A stretch of DNA of 64,000 bases from Vulcanisaeta sp. AZ3 (GCA_000960865.2 JZWU02000001.1:1-64000); one strand, 5' to 3'. Positions 53,117-62,711 are shown, counted from the first letter of the stretch. Translations and numbers: made by a program. Notes: generated by a model not told the origin, from the letters alone.

Positions 53117-53174
53117 TTAATTTATTAACAATAACGATTTCTTTAAAAAGTAGCTATTCCTTGTATGAGGTGAC

Positions 53175-53945
53175 GTGAGCTCAATAGGTGTAGAGATATT
53201 CATACACCCAACATGTACCACATGCCACACATTGCTAAGGCTACTGAAGCAATGGGGATACTTAGATAAAGTTAGGATAATAGACACGTCAAGAGACCCT
53301 TATGTAGCACTTGAGAGAGGAGTTAGGTCTGTACCAAGCATATTCATAAATGGTGAACTCCTCTTCGCGGGTATAGTGGATTTCAAGAGACTCAAGGCAA
53401 TACTTGATGGCGAGTATTCAAAGGAGACCATTAATGGTGACCTGAGAGAGCTTGAAGATATGTTCTTTAAGGGTGTTTTAGATAGTGTAGCTACAGCCCT
53501 ATGGTTATACATTAATGAAGATTGCAACGCCTTCCTGAGGGATAGGGATTTCGTAATGGCAATAACGAATCTATCAATATTTGGAAATAGAGAGGAGTTG
53601 TACGAGAAATTAAGTAAGTATTTGAGTGAGCCGGTGAATTGTAGGGAGGCGATTAATAAGAGGGAGGAGAGATTTCTCGCCGTCATAACTAGGAACTTCG
53701 CTAGAGAAATTTACTGGTTACATAATAAACCCTTAAGTTGGAGGGAGGTCTCGAAGTTGTACTCAAGAGAGGTCATTGCGCACTGGATGATTGTAAGATC
53801 GGCTTTGGGCCGCGTTGGGTTAAGAACACACTCGTTGGATGAGGATGGCTTTAGGAAGAAGGTTGGGAGGGTTTATGATTATATGGGGAATGTGTTCGAT
53901 GAGTTCATGAAGCAGGTGGTTGATGAACAGTTTCAGTTACGTTAA
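53175..53945 (+). CDS. Thioredoxin/glutaredoxin-domain protein with helical C-terminal extension
   Basis: HPTCTTC, GVRSVPSIFING. Confidence 0.82.
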   Translation: MSSIGVEIFIHPTCTTCHTLLRLLKQWGYLDKVRIIDTSRDPYVALERGVRSVPSIFINGELLFAGIVDFKRLKAILDGEYSKETINGDLRELEDMFFKGVLDSVATALWLYINEDCNAFLRDRDFVMAITNLSIFGNREELYEKLSKYLSEPVNCREAINKREERFLAVITRNFAREIYWLHNKPLSWREVSKLYSREVIAHWMIVRSALGRVGLRTHSLDEDGFRKKVGRVYDYMGNVFDEFMKQVVDEQFQLR

Positions 53946-53966
53946 ACCCTCATTAATTCAATTGAA

Positions 53967-55676
53967 TCACGTGGTTAGGTACTTAATTACATCCTCACTT
54001 AATACGCCTCTTAATTCATTAATGTCCTTAATGGGCTTTCTACTCATGATCTCATTTATTGCAACCTCAGTAATTCCAGGTACGTACTTAAGTAATTTCT
54101 TTGACGCCTCATTAACATTCAGGGGATATGGTATCCCAATTACAGACCTAAAACCATGCTCCACAACCACAAAATCCATCCACTTACCTAACTCTACCCT
54201 GGCTGGTACATATATGAGGATTGGGTATGAACCAACCTGCCTAGCATATGTCCCATCACCATAATGCGCCTCTGTGAATGCTCTCTTAATCACCATACCC
54301 TTGGGCATAACTCTCTTGAGCATTTCATGATCAAAGTGCCTCCTAACCCAATACTTAAAGGCCAAGAAGTATTTCCTATGCTTCCTCAGTAATTGCCTAA
54401 CATCATCAGCCATACTCCACAGAGGCGTTGGTTGTAACACCAAGACTTGCCTAATATTAACCCTCCTAACCCAAACATCATCACTCAACAACCTCTTAAG
54501 AAACTCAATATTCAACCTAAAGGTCTCCCTAGTCTCACCAGGCAGGCCAACCACAAAGTTTATCCCCGGCAAGAACTCAGGCAATCCATTCCAACCCCTA
54601 ACCCTGCCTAACTCACTTATCGTCTTAATGGCGAAATAAGCCTCTTCTGGCATGACCTTTAAATTATTAAGCTTAACAACCCTTGGATCAGCAGTCTCAA
54701 GTCCCATGGCGGCCACATCCCCCGGCGTATGATACTTCATCAAGACCTTAGTAACCTCAATGCTTTCTCTAGGCCAGTGATATATTGTGCCAGGATTAAC
54801 ATTATCTATATGCAGAGTCTCTAGATCAGGAGCCACACTCCTAATACCAACCAATAACCTCTCGATTGCGCTAGGATTAGGCCTTGGGAAATCCAGCTTA
54901 CCTGTGTCATGAGCCATGTACGTGTAAAAATCAGCCTGCCTACCAAGTCTGAAATGCCTAGCGCCAAGACCATACAAAGCCTCAACCTCCCTAACAATGG
55001 CCTCTACCTCTCTATACTTAACCGGACCATACCTAACCGTGGCACAGAAGGAACATCCACCAGTTATGTATCTCGGGCAGGACTTATACGTCTCAAGCTC
55101 AATTATTAAATTCCTACCATAATTTGGATGCTGCTGAATTATTCGTGCACCAATCACTGCAAATTCATTAATTAATCTATAATCACTATGTGTCATGGCT
55201 GGTGAAACCTTCGATACTTGATAATTACTCCTAATTAATTCATGAATCACTAAATCCAAATCGCCAGTAACGATTAAGTCATAATACCTCCTAAAGTGGC
55301 TCCTCGGTACTGCAATTGTACCTCCAGTAATACCATAACCAAACCTAGCCACAGGCCCGCCCAACACCTTTATTGGTGAGCTCACTAGAGTTGCAATCCT
55401 CTCAATCTCCTCAAGCTTAATAGGCTCACCACCTAAGTACTTACCAGGCGTAACTATACCTGCAATAACTACGAGGAGCCTCGCCTCATTAGCCACCTTA
55501 ACAAATTCACTCCAGGAGGACCTGGCTTGGTCTATCGTAAAGTACCTAATATCTATTGAATTATCAACACTCCAAACAGCACCTGCAACATACCTAGCAT
55601 ACACATCTAGGTAAGGTGGAACACCAAGGCCTGCAGGTTCATCCGTATAACCATCTAATATGACAACTCTATCCAT
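53967..55676 (-). CDS. Archaeal radical SAM protein with C-terminal helix-hairpin-helix (COG1031-like)
   Basis: DGYTDEPAGLGVPPY, CPRYITGGCSFC, HIDNVNP, GLPGET, LNVNEAS..VPGI. Confidence 0.85.
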   Translation of the reverse strand: MDRVVILDGYTDEPAGLGVPPYLDVYARYVAGAVWSVDNSIDIRYFTIDQARSSWSEFVKVANEARLLVVIAGIVTPGKYLGGEPIKLEEIERIATLVSSPIKVLGGPVARFGYGITGGTIAVPRSHFRRYYDLIVTGDLDLVIHELIRSNYQVSKVSPAMTHSDYRLINEFAVIGARIIQQHPNYGRNLIIELETYKSCPRYITGGCSFCATVRYGPVKYREVEAIVREVEALYGLGARHFRLGRQADFYTYMAHDTGKLDFPRPNPSAIERLLVGIRSVAPDLETLHIDNVNPGTIYHWPRESIEVTKVLMKYHTPGDVAAMGLETADPRVVKLNNLKVMPEEAYFAIKTISELGRVRGWNGLPEFLPGINFVVGLPGETRETFRLNIEFLKRLLSDDVWVRRVNIRQVLVLQPTPLWSMADDVRQLLRKHRKYFLAFKYWVRRHFDHEMLKRVMPKGMVIKRAFTEAHYGDGTYARQVGSYPILIYVPARVELGKWMDFVVVEHGFRSVIGIPYPLNVNEASKKLLKYVPGITEVAINEIMSRKPIKDINELRGVLSEDVIKYLTT

Positions 55677-55838
55677 TAACAAACCATAAACAAAACACGC
55701 CCTAAAATACCTTAAATCATAGAAAATACAAAAACATGAAACGCCCATCCCTAAAGACCACACCTCATGCCGTATAACACGAGGATTAACCGAACTAAGC
55801 CTTATCCTACAATTAAGATTATTTTGTAAGTGGGAGAG

Positions 55839-56447
55839 TTATGAGTGTAATATGGTTGTTATGTAGTTTGTGACGCCCGCGAGTATCATACCTATAGCCA
55901 GGGCTGCGATTATTAAACTCATGAACCTACCAAGCACCTTCATAAAACTACTACCCAAAAGTCTAAGAAGCGGTTGGGAAAACCTAATAATGATATAGGT
56001 AATACCTGCACTAATTAAGGAGGCTATGACCACCTCATATATTGGATATATAGCAGAGAAGAGAATAAGTTCAGTAATCGTACCCGGGCCTACAAGCAAC
56101 GGAGTCACCACAGGGACTAGGGCGAGTTCCTCAGGCCCAGCACCACTACCAACCCTTGGACTCCCTGTTATGAGAGTTTCAATAGCCACGGCCATTAATA
56201 AAACCCCACCAGCAATCCTAAAGGCATCAAGGTTAACATCAAGCCCTTGAAGTATATACCTACCACCCACCGCAAATATTATCATTAGCACAGGCACGGA
56301 GACACCCACAACTCTGTAAATCCTCAATAACTGCTCCCTCTCAATGTTTATTGTGAACATGGCAAGCGTTGGTATGGCACCCACTGGATTCAGTATTGCT
56401 ATTAATTGGCCGGTCATCAATAGTATATTCATCACGGGAGACTCCAC
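55839..56447 (-). CDS. MarC-family membrane protein
   Basis: NPVGAIP, FRIAGGVLL, VPVVTPLLVGPGTIT. Confidence 0.92.
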   Translation of the reverse strand: MESPVMNILLMTGQLIAILNPVGAIPTLAMFTINIEREQLLRIYRVVGVSVPVLMIIFAVGGRYILQGLDVNLDAFRIAGGVLLMAVAIETLITGSPRVGSGAGPEELALVPVVTPLLVGPGTITELILFSAIYPIYEVVIASLISAGITYIIIRFSQPLLRLLGSSFMKVLGRFMSLIIAALAIGMILAGVTNYITTILHS

Positions 56448-56470
56448 GATAATAGTTTAGGAAAGAATCC

Positions 56471-56478
56471 CTTTAAAA
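56471..56478 (+). promoter_or_regulatory. TATA box candidate for the downstream sRNA (may also serve divergent marC)
   Basis: CTTTAAAA about 25-30 nt upstream of box C. Confidence 0.45.
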
Positions 56479-56499
56479 ACTGAGCATTGCCGATTATTT

Positions 56500-56551
56500 T
56501 TATGATGACGAATCTGGGACTGATCAATGAGGAGGAGCATCCATGCTGATC
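56500..56551 (+). ncRNA. Box C/D guide sRNA
   Basis: ATGATGA(56502)-CGAATCTGGGA-CTGA-TCA-ATGAGGA-GGAGCATCCATG-CTGA(56546-49). Confidence 0.85.
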
Positions 56552-56819
56552 CTGCCTCCTTGTTGGGGCGGGTTTTTGCTGGAGGTCTTGAGCGTTACCC
56601 CTTGATGGGGGTTACTCTGTTTATGGTTATCAGGTACGAGAGGTGTTTCTTTAGGTTGCGGACTACGACCTTGGCCCTAAGCCTCATTATGTTCAATGTG
56701 CCGTTAATATCACTGCGGAGCTTGTGGCACATGGGACAATTCGCTACTCCCCCCAGGCCTTCTCATCGCTTCTACTTCGTGGAGGCACAGACTCTAGACG
56801 TGCTGTACTCCAAAATCAC
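56546..56819 (-). mobile_element. tnpB: Decayed IS200/IS605 tnpB 3' fragment with right-end region
   Basis: Frameshifted minus-strand translation EYSTSRVCA / HEVEAMRRP / GVANCPMCHKLRSDINGTLNI..TPIKG* (Zn ribbon plus RuvC-III DxNG), stop at 56595, followed by an IS-end-like ACCCGCCCC..GGAGGCAGGATCAG. Confidence 0.75.
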
Positions 56820-56849
56820 GTATTTAAAGAACTAGGTCTACAACCTTTT

Positions 56850-56903
56850 TATCAGCATGGATTGCGATCGCCATAAATCCGCCCGGTCCGTAACTCATCA
56901 CCA
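56850..56903 (-). ncRNA. Box C/D guide sRNA
   Basis: Minus strand GTGATGA-GTTACGGACCGGG-CGGA(D')-TTT-ATGGCGA(C')-TCGCAATCCATG-CTGA. Confidence 0.75.
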
Positions 56904-56936
56904 TCAATAATTATAAGAGGACTTGTAATTAATCCC

Positions 56937-58088
56937 TTACTCTCCACCGTACTTCTGACGAAGAATCCTGGCAGCCTCAACCATGGACCTGATCTTAGAG
57001 AAGGCAATCCTCCTCTCAAACTTCCTATACATACCTGGCGCAAAGCCACAGTCTGGGTTTATCCAAATTCTCTTGGGGTCGATAACCTTCACGATTCTCT
57101 CCACCCTAGCCACAACGGTCTGTGGATCCTCAATCTGCGGGTTCCTAACATCTATTGAGCCAAGCCCAATCTCCTTATCGCTAGGCATCATACTTACAAA
57201 CTTAGCCGGGTCACCACTACCTGGCGATGCGTACTCAAGGACGTACTGCTTAACCTTTACATCAAAAACCTCAGGCGCTAACCTCTCAAAGCCCTGTCCA
57301 TAGAATGGTGAGTCTGGGTTTGGCCACCTATCCATATGCATGCCGATCCTAACGCCATCGATCCCCTTAATCGTCTCATTAACCAAGTCCCTGGCTAAGT
57401 AAAGCTCGTTCTTAAACCCCCTATACTTCTGCCCATGGATTAGCTCCAGGACCCTCCTATACCTGTCAGGCTTATCCTCCGTAGCCTCCACTAGATCACC
57501 GAGCATCGGCTCATCAAGCTGTATAAAATCAACGCCCGCATCCCTAAGTCTAATGATCTCCTGCCTAAGAACCTTTGAGTATGCCTCAGCAAGATCCTCA
57601 GGCCTTGGATATACTTGCTTCGAGAGCTCGTGATGCCAAGTCTCCCACATAATTAGGTATGGGCTTGGTAGTGTTACCTTAATCCTCCTCGTGGTTGTTG
57701 ATTTTGTAAATTGAAACTCATCAAGAGCTATCACTGAATCCCTAATCTCCTCAACAGGCACAGCCCTCCAATAAGTTATTTGAGCCTTGAGCTGTTTAAT
57801 TATGTCTAAGGCATTAGGGTTCAATTGAGTTATGTAAACAAGCTTAAAGCCAGGTATTTTTTGACCCACGAATGATACAAAACTAGTCCTCCTCTGCTCA
57901 CCATCAGTAATTACATCAAGACCCGTGAGTTCCTCCTCCTTAATAGTTAACTTAACAGCATCATCAACCAACTCATCAAACTCCTCCTTACTCAATTCAC
58001 CCTTGTTAAACTTATCGAAAGTCTCTATTAACCACTTAGGCCTTGGGAAAGACCCAACCACACTTGTTGTGAAGATTTCCTCAGGCAT
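56937..58088 (-). CDS. Cobalamin-independent methionine synthase II-like (single-barrel MetE core)
   Basis: TSVVGSFPRP, ITDGEQRR, IQLDEP, INPDCG; ATG 58088. Confidence 0.87.
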   Translation of the reverse strand: MPEEIFTTSVVGSFPRPKWLIETFDKFNKGELSKEEFDELVDDAVKLTIKEEELTGLDVITDGEQRRTSFVSFVGQKIPGFKLVYITQLNPNALDIIKQLKAQITYWRAVPVEEIRDSVIALDEFQFTKSTTTRRIKVTLPSPYLIMWETWHHELSKQVYPRPEDLAEAYSKVLRQEIIRLRDAGVDFIQLDEPMLGDLVEATEDKPDRYRRVLELIHGQKYRGFKNELYLARDLVNETIKGIDGVRIGMHMDRWPNPDSPFYGQGFERLAPEVFDVKVKQYVLEYASPGSGDPAKFVSMMPSDKEIGLGSIDVRNPQIEDPQTVVARVERIVKVIDPKRIWINPDCGFAPGMYRKFERRIAFSKIRSMVEAARILRQKYGGE

Positions 58089-58138
58089 TAGGTGCCAAGT
58101 ATTTAGTCTATTTAAAGCATTACTCGTGAACCCAAGGA

Positions 58139-59230
58139 TTAAGGCCCTGGCAAACCAGCCACCTTGGGATATGGCCTTGCCTCCCAAACAGCCCTCAATC
58201 CGCAAATATACCTTGTTAACCTCTCAACACCAATGCCAAAGCCTGCTGTTTGTAATGGGTAGAATTCCTTAAGCATCATTAAGAACCACTTATACTTATT
58301 CGGGTCCTCACCACTCTCCCTTATTCTAGCAATTACCCTGGCAGGCTCATACTCACGCTCAGCACCACTAATAGCTTCACCAAAACCCTCTGGGTAGAGC
58401 ATGTCGAAATCCCTCAATATACCAAGCCTCTGTGGATCCTCCCTATCGTAGAATCCCCTAGCCCCCTTGGGGTAATCAATGATGAAGAGGGGATTCTCAT
58501 GATATGCAGAGAGTAATTTCTCACATTCCCACCTAATCTCAGTGTTAAGCGGGTTCTTACAACCAAGTTCATTAACGAGCTCCACAGCCTCCTTATGAGT
58601 ATACCTCCTGAAGGGCTTCTTGAACTCAGGGAGCTGCCTATTAAGCTTCGTCTCGAGCTCCTTACCATGTTCCTCCCAAACACGCTTAACAACATGTATT
58701 AACATGTCCTCAGCCAGGTCCATAACATCATTATAGGCGGCCCCATAGACCTCAAGATCAAGTTGATAAAACTCCACCAAATGCCTACCCGTGAAGACAC
58801 TATCGTTAGGCTCAAACCTAATGTTTGGACTTAAAAAGTAAATCTTGCCCAGGGATGCAGTCATGTACTGCTTGTACAGTATTGCCGAGGACATTACCTT
58901 ATACTCCATGCCATAAAAATCAACAGTGGCTTGTTTAGCACCCCTAATCCCTGGATCCGTAACAGGACCAATTATTGGCGCCAGAACCTCCGTGAACCCC
59001 CTCGAATTTAAGAACTCCCTCAAGGAATCTACTATTGTAGACTGAACCCTAAAGACCAACTTGTACTTCTCATCCCTAGCCCACCTCCATGAATACCCAA
59101 CCCACTCCTTAAGGAAGTCCAGGTACTCATCATGGTTCAAGACCATCTTCTCAAACTCTAAAACAGCCGGATGAAAGTAAGGTTCTTTTCTCTCGGGCCG
59201 CTTATCCATACACTCATTGCGGCTCATCAA
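58139..59230 (-). CDS. Archaeal asparagine synthetase A (truncated AsnRS-like)
   Basis: TDPGIRG, MSSAILYKQ, SPNIRFE, RHLVEFYQLDLE, SGAEREY, AGFGIGVERL; no anticodon-binding domain. Confidence 0.88.
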   Translation of the reverse strand: MMSRNECMDKRPERKEPYFHPAVLEFEKMVLNHDEYLDFLKEWVGYSWRWARDEKYKLVFRVQSTIVDSLREFLNSRGFTEVLAPIIGPVTDPGIRGAKQATVDFYGMEYKVMSSAILYKQYMTASLGKIYFLSPNIRFEPNDSVFTGRHLVEFYQLDLEVYGAAYNDVMDLAEDMLIHVVKRVWEEHGKELETKLNRQLPEFKKPFRRYTHKEAVELVNELGCKNPLNTEIRWECEKLLSAYHENPLFIIDYPKGARGFYDREDPQRLGILRDFDMLYPEGFGEAISGAEREYEPARVIARIRESGEDPNKYKWFLMMLKEFYPLQTAGFGIGVERLTRYICGLRAVWEARPYPKVAGLPGP

Positions 59231-59287
59231 ATACTTTTAAAGTTGCCTCAAAAATTGCCAAGAAATCCAGAGAAGATTAAGGCAATA

Positions 59288-60787
59288 CTACACAGAATTT
59301 ATCATATATTCAATGTCAATATGCTCTTTAATTACCGAAGAAAATCCATCAATTTGCCTCGATAATAAATCAATACTCGTTAATCTCGCAGATGAACGCT
59401 TAGGCAAACCCGCATTCTCTCTAGCAATATTCAGCACAAAATCCCTAAAGCTTGAGTCACCTAAGGAATCATGAAGAGTTATGCCAACCACCAAGTCCCC
59501 CTCCCTAAACACCCCATCAAATTGCTCCACAGACCTACCATTCCTCTCCCTAATAAGGACCAAAGGCTTATCACCAACATACTGAGGCACACCCCTATGT
59601 ATTTCATAACCCCTAACCTCAACTCCCTCAATCCCATTCACAAGACCCACAGCTCTCGATAAAGAAACAACCTTCTCAACACCATACACCGTATTCACAT
59701 CCACAAAACCAAGCCCATGATAACTACCTGGAATCCCAGCCTCAATACCATGAGGATCACTCAATACCCTACCAAGGGCTTGAAAACCACCACAAATACC
59801 TAAAATCACACTCGAACCTCTAACCCTCCTAAGAGCCTCATCCATACCAACCCTCCTCATCCACTCAACACTAGCAACTACATTCTTAGAGCCAGGAAGT
59901 ATTACTAAATGAGGCTCTCCGAGCTCTTTAGGACTCCTCACAATCCTAACAGTCACATCATCCTCCAACACCAGAGGATACAAATCATTAAAATTAGATA
60001 TGTATGGATATGCTATTAAGGCTATGTCAAGAGGACCATTACCAATAGGTCTCAAATCCATGGAATCCTCAGGCCATAACCAAAGATCATCAACATAAGG
60101 CAAAACACCAAGGACAGGCTTACCAGTCTTATCCTCAAGCCACTTAATGGCACTATCTAACAACCTTTCATCGCCTCTAAACTTATTTATAATGAAACCC
60201 CTAACTAACTTCCTCCACCTAGGCGGTAAAGCCCTCATTAAACCAAGTCCATGTATGAATGAACCACCTCTATCAATATCAAGAACAACAAAAACACTAG
60301 CTCCAAGCCACTCAGCCGGCCTAAAATTAGCCAAATCTCTACCCGCTAGGTTAGGTTCGTACGCGGAACCAGCACCCTCACCAACAACAATATCATAATC
60401 ACTCACAAGCCTCTCAATACTCCTCCTCACAGACCTAATAGCCAAGCTTCTCAACCAACCCTCAGTTAAGTATTGATTAAATGTCAATTGAACCCTTGGC
60501 CTCCCAAGTATTATGTACTCAGCTTTATCTACGGACATGGGCTTTATTAATATGGGATTATGATAAACACTCGGCATTAAACCAGCCACATAAGCCTGCA
60601 TAGCCTGAGCCAGGGCAATCTCGCCACCTTCAATCGAGGGATAACTATTAAGCGACATATTCTGCGCCTTAAACGGAGATGCCCGAAAACCCCTCGACCT
60701 AAGTATCCTAAGTAATGCAGCAACTATCACCGTCTTACCTGAATCACTCATTGTAGATACTAGGTATATGTTCATTGGCAATACCAA
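59288..60787 (-). CDS. cobQ: Cobyric acid synthase
   Basis: SDSGKT, PFKAQNMSLNS, EGAGS, DIDRGG, INKFRGD, LPGSKN, GICGGFQ, GYEIH. Confidence 0.94.
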   Translation of the reverse strand: MVLPMNIYLVSTMSDSGKTVIVAALLRILRSRGFRASPFKAQNMSLNSYPSIEGGEIALAQAMQAYVAGLMPSVYHNPILIKPMSVDKAEYIILGRPRVQLTFNQYLTEGWLRSLAIRSVRRSIERLVSDYDIVVGEGAGSAYEPNLAGRDLANFRPAEWLGASVFVVLDIDRGGSFIHGLGLMRALPPRWRKLVRGFIINKFRGDERLLDSAIKWLEDKTGKPVLGVLPYVDDLWLWPEDSMDLRPIGNGPLDIALIAYPYISNFNDLYPLVLEDDVTVRIVRSPKELGEPHLVILPGSKNVVASVEWMRRVGMDEALRRVRGSSVILGICGGFQALGRVLSDPHGIEAGIPGSYHGLGFVDVNTVYGVEKVVSLSRAVGLVNGIEGVEVRGYEIHRGVPQYVGDKPLVLIRERNGRSVEQFDGVFREGDLVVGITLHDSLGDSSFRDFVLNIARENAGLPKRSSARLTSIDLLSRQIDGFSSVIKEHIDIEYMINSV

Positions 60788-60922
60788 ACCAATACACCTA
60801 GATTAAAACCTAGCCCACTGCATTGAGATTAGACCTCATAGTAATACTGTGTGGAGATCCCTGTAGGATAAAGGAAAAATTAATTTAAGGCTTTACGTTA
60901 ATTTATTATAGCTAGGGTGTGA

Positions 60923-61492
60923 ATGATGAATAATACCACATCGGTGAGGAGTTACAGGTTTTGGGTCGGTATATCCCTAATGGGGCTAGTTATATACCTC
61001 ATTATTAAATTATATGAAGCCTTATTCCTAAACTTAAGAATACCCGTAGTTACAGTAGAGCCCGACGGCGTGCTTAGAATAATCGGCTCCATACAGCCAT
61101 TCACAAACCCCATACTATCCTACGACATAATACTAAGCATGATACTAACAGCATTACTCTCATCACTGGCATCCATACTAATATACTCATCAATAACTAG
61201 ACAGAGACAAAATAACGTTACAATTGTGACTAACGAACACACCATAAGTAGTATCCCTCTAACGACTATGGAAAAGAAAGCCATAACATTAATACGCAAA
61301 AAAGGTGGCATGATGACCCAGGCAGAACTCAGCCGAGAACTCAACCTAAGCAAATACCAAGCCTCAAGACTTGTTAAGAGACTTGAGGCTAAAGGTATAA
61401 TTGAGAGGAGAAGAGCAGGTGTGACTAATATTTTAGTCCTACGTAATAGTCCTGGCCCTACTCTCAACAAGGTCAGTAAGGATGGCGACTAA
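60923..61492 (+). CDS. Membrane-anchored winged-helix regulator
   Basis: Two TM helices, then QAELSRELNLSKYQASRLVKRLEAKGIIER. Confidence 0.85.
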   Translation: MMNNTTSVRSYRFWVGISLMGLVIYLIIKLYEALFLNLRIPVVTVEPDGVLRIIGSIQPFTNPILSYDIILSMILTALLSSLASILIYSSITRQRQNNVTIVTNEHTISSIPLTTMEKKAITLIRKKGGMMTQAELSRELNLSKYQASRLVKRLEAKGIIERRRAGVTNILVLRNSPGPTLNKVSKDGD

Positions 61493-61744
61493 CCTATCTC
61501 TCGCACCATTGGCATCAATTATCGCATGCAACCCATTAATAGTCAAGTAGACCCCTGAGTAATGCTCCCACTTAATGAGCCCCAAACCTCTCAATTCCTC
61601 TAAGTAACGTAGCAATCTATCGTATGGAACACCAACCATCATCGCAAGCCTACTTAATTTATCACAACTCCCCATCTTATCCACGGTTAGTAATATGTCC
61701 GCATATATCTCAACCCTAGACCTGGGTCTCTTCCTATACATCAT
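61439..61744 (-). CDS. Small winged-helix (HTH_45-type) regulator
   Basis: RSRVEIYADIL, SRLAMMVGVPYDRLLRYL, YLTING. Confidence 0.85.
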   Translation of the reverse strand: MMYRKRPRSRVEIYADILLTVDKMGSCDKLSRLAMMVGVPYDRLLRYLEELRGLGLIKWEHYSGVYLTINGLHAIIDANGARDRLVAILTDLVESRARTIT

Positions 61745-62069
61745 TAAACCTAATAACTCTGCAACAGTCTTTAACCAAATCGTCAAAAGCAACGTGCAAC
61801 TATACGGCAACCTCACTGCAACCCTACGATAAAGGTTGTAGTGATAAAGGGAGATTTTGATTTTTAGTAATTATGGTAATATAGAGGAGTGTCTCAAACC
61901 TACTGTCCAGCATTGTGCAATTGAATTCTCAGCGACTTAAACATCGTAGATGACGTCGAATGGTAAACAACTGACTCATATTTACTAACCGCACTGGACT
62001 GAAATTGCCCATTTATTGTTGTCACTACTCTAGTCATGGAATACTACTCGACTTATCGTTACATATAAA

Positions 62070-62711
62070 TTAATGAATCCTCTCAACACAAATAACTACT
62101 GACTCCTTATCCCCAACAATAAGCAACTTATCATTAACCTCAATACTCAAATTATCACTCGTTAGAAGGACCTCACCATCCCTAATAATTAGAGGAATAG
62201 CTACCCCACAATCATTTGCAATATCATTCACAACCCTCCCAATGTAAGGAGACTCAGAACTTATGACCACATAATAAGCCTGTATATTCTCATCTGAAAA
62301 TAATAATTGCTTGAACGACGGCCTTATGTAATTAGCAATCTTAGATAATAACGCATCAGCCACTGATATGGCAGTTACATTCAACTCCATATAAGCATCA
62401 AAATACCTCTCCTTATCATGCATTAAGGCTATCATTAATGGAACCCCATGATGCTTAGCAATTTGGACAGTCCTTAGGTTTGTCTCATCATCATAAAGCA
62501 TAACCAGTAACTCCGCTTTATCAATGCCCGCCTTAATCATTAGGTCCTCATCTGCTGGATCTCCAATGTAGGGATGAGCAGGTACTCCCCTAACGAGCCC
62601 TATCTCCTCCTCACTCCTAACCACTATTGAGACCTCATACCCATTACTAACCAAGAACTTGACTACGGCAATTCCAACATCACCAGCCCCAGTGATTATG
62701 GCCTTTCTCAT
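62070..62711 (-). CDS. trkA: TrkA-family potassium uptake regulatory subunit
   Basis: IITGAGDVG, GDPAD..AGIDKA, DETN, C-terminal RCK_C. Confidence 0.88.
   Translation of the reverse strand: MRKAIITGAGDVGIAVVKFLVSNGYEVSIVVRSEEEIGLVRGVPAHPYIGDPADEDLMIKAGIDKAELLVMLYDDETNLRTVQIAKHHGVPLMIALMHDKERYFDAYMELNVTAISVADALLSKIANYIRPSFKQLLFSDENIQAYYVVISSESPYIGRVVNDIANDCGVAIPLIIRDGEVLLTSDNLSIEVNDKLLIVGDKESVVICVERIH

Noticed and set aside
56527-57049. ORFs 56527-56835 (+) and 56852-57049 (-)
   Set aside because: Better explained by the tnpB remnant, two sRNAs and the metE-like 3' end
61946-62003. AGATGA..CTGA..CTGA possible fourth C/D sRNA
   Set aside because: Box C has two mismatches, the first guide is 17 nt, and no C' box is recognisable
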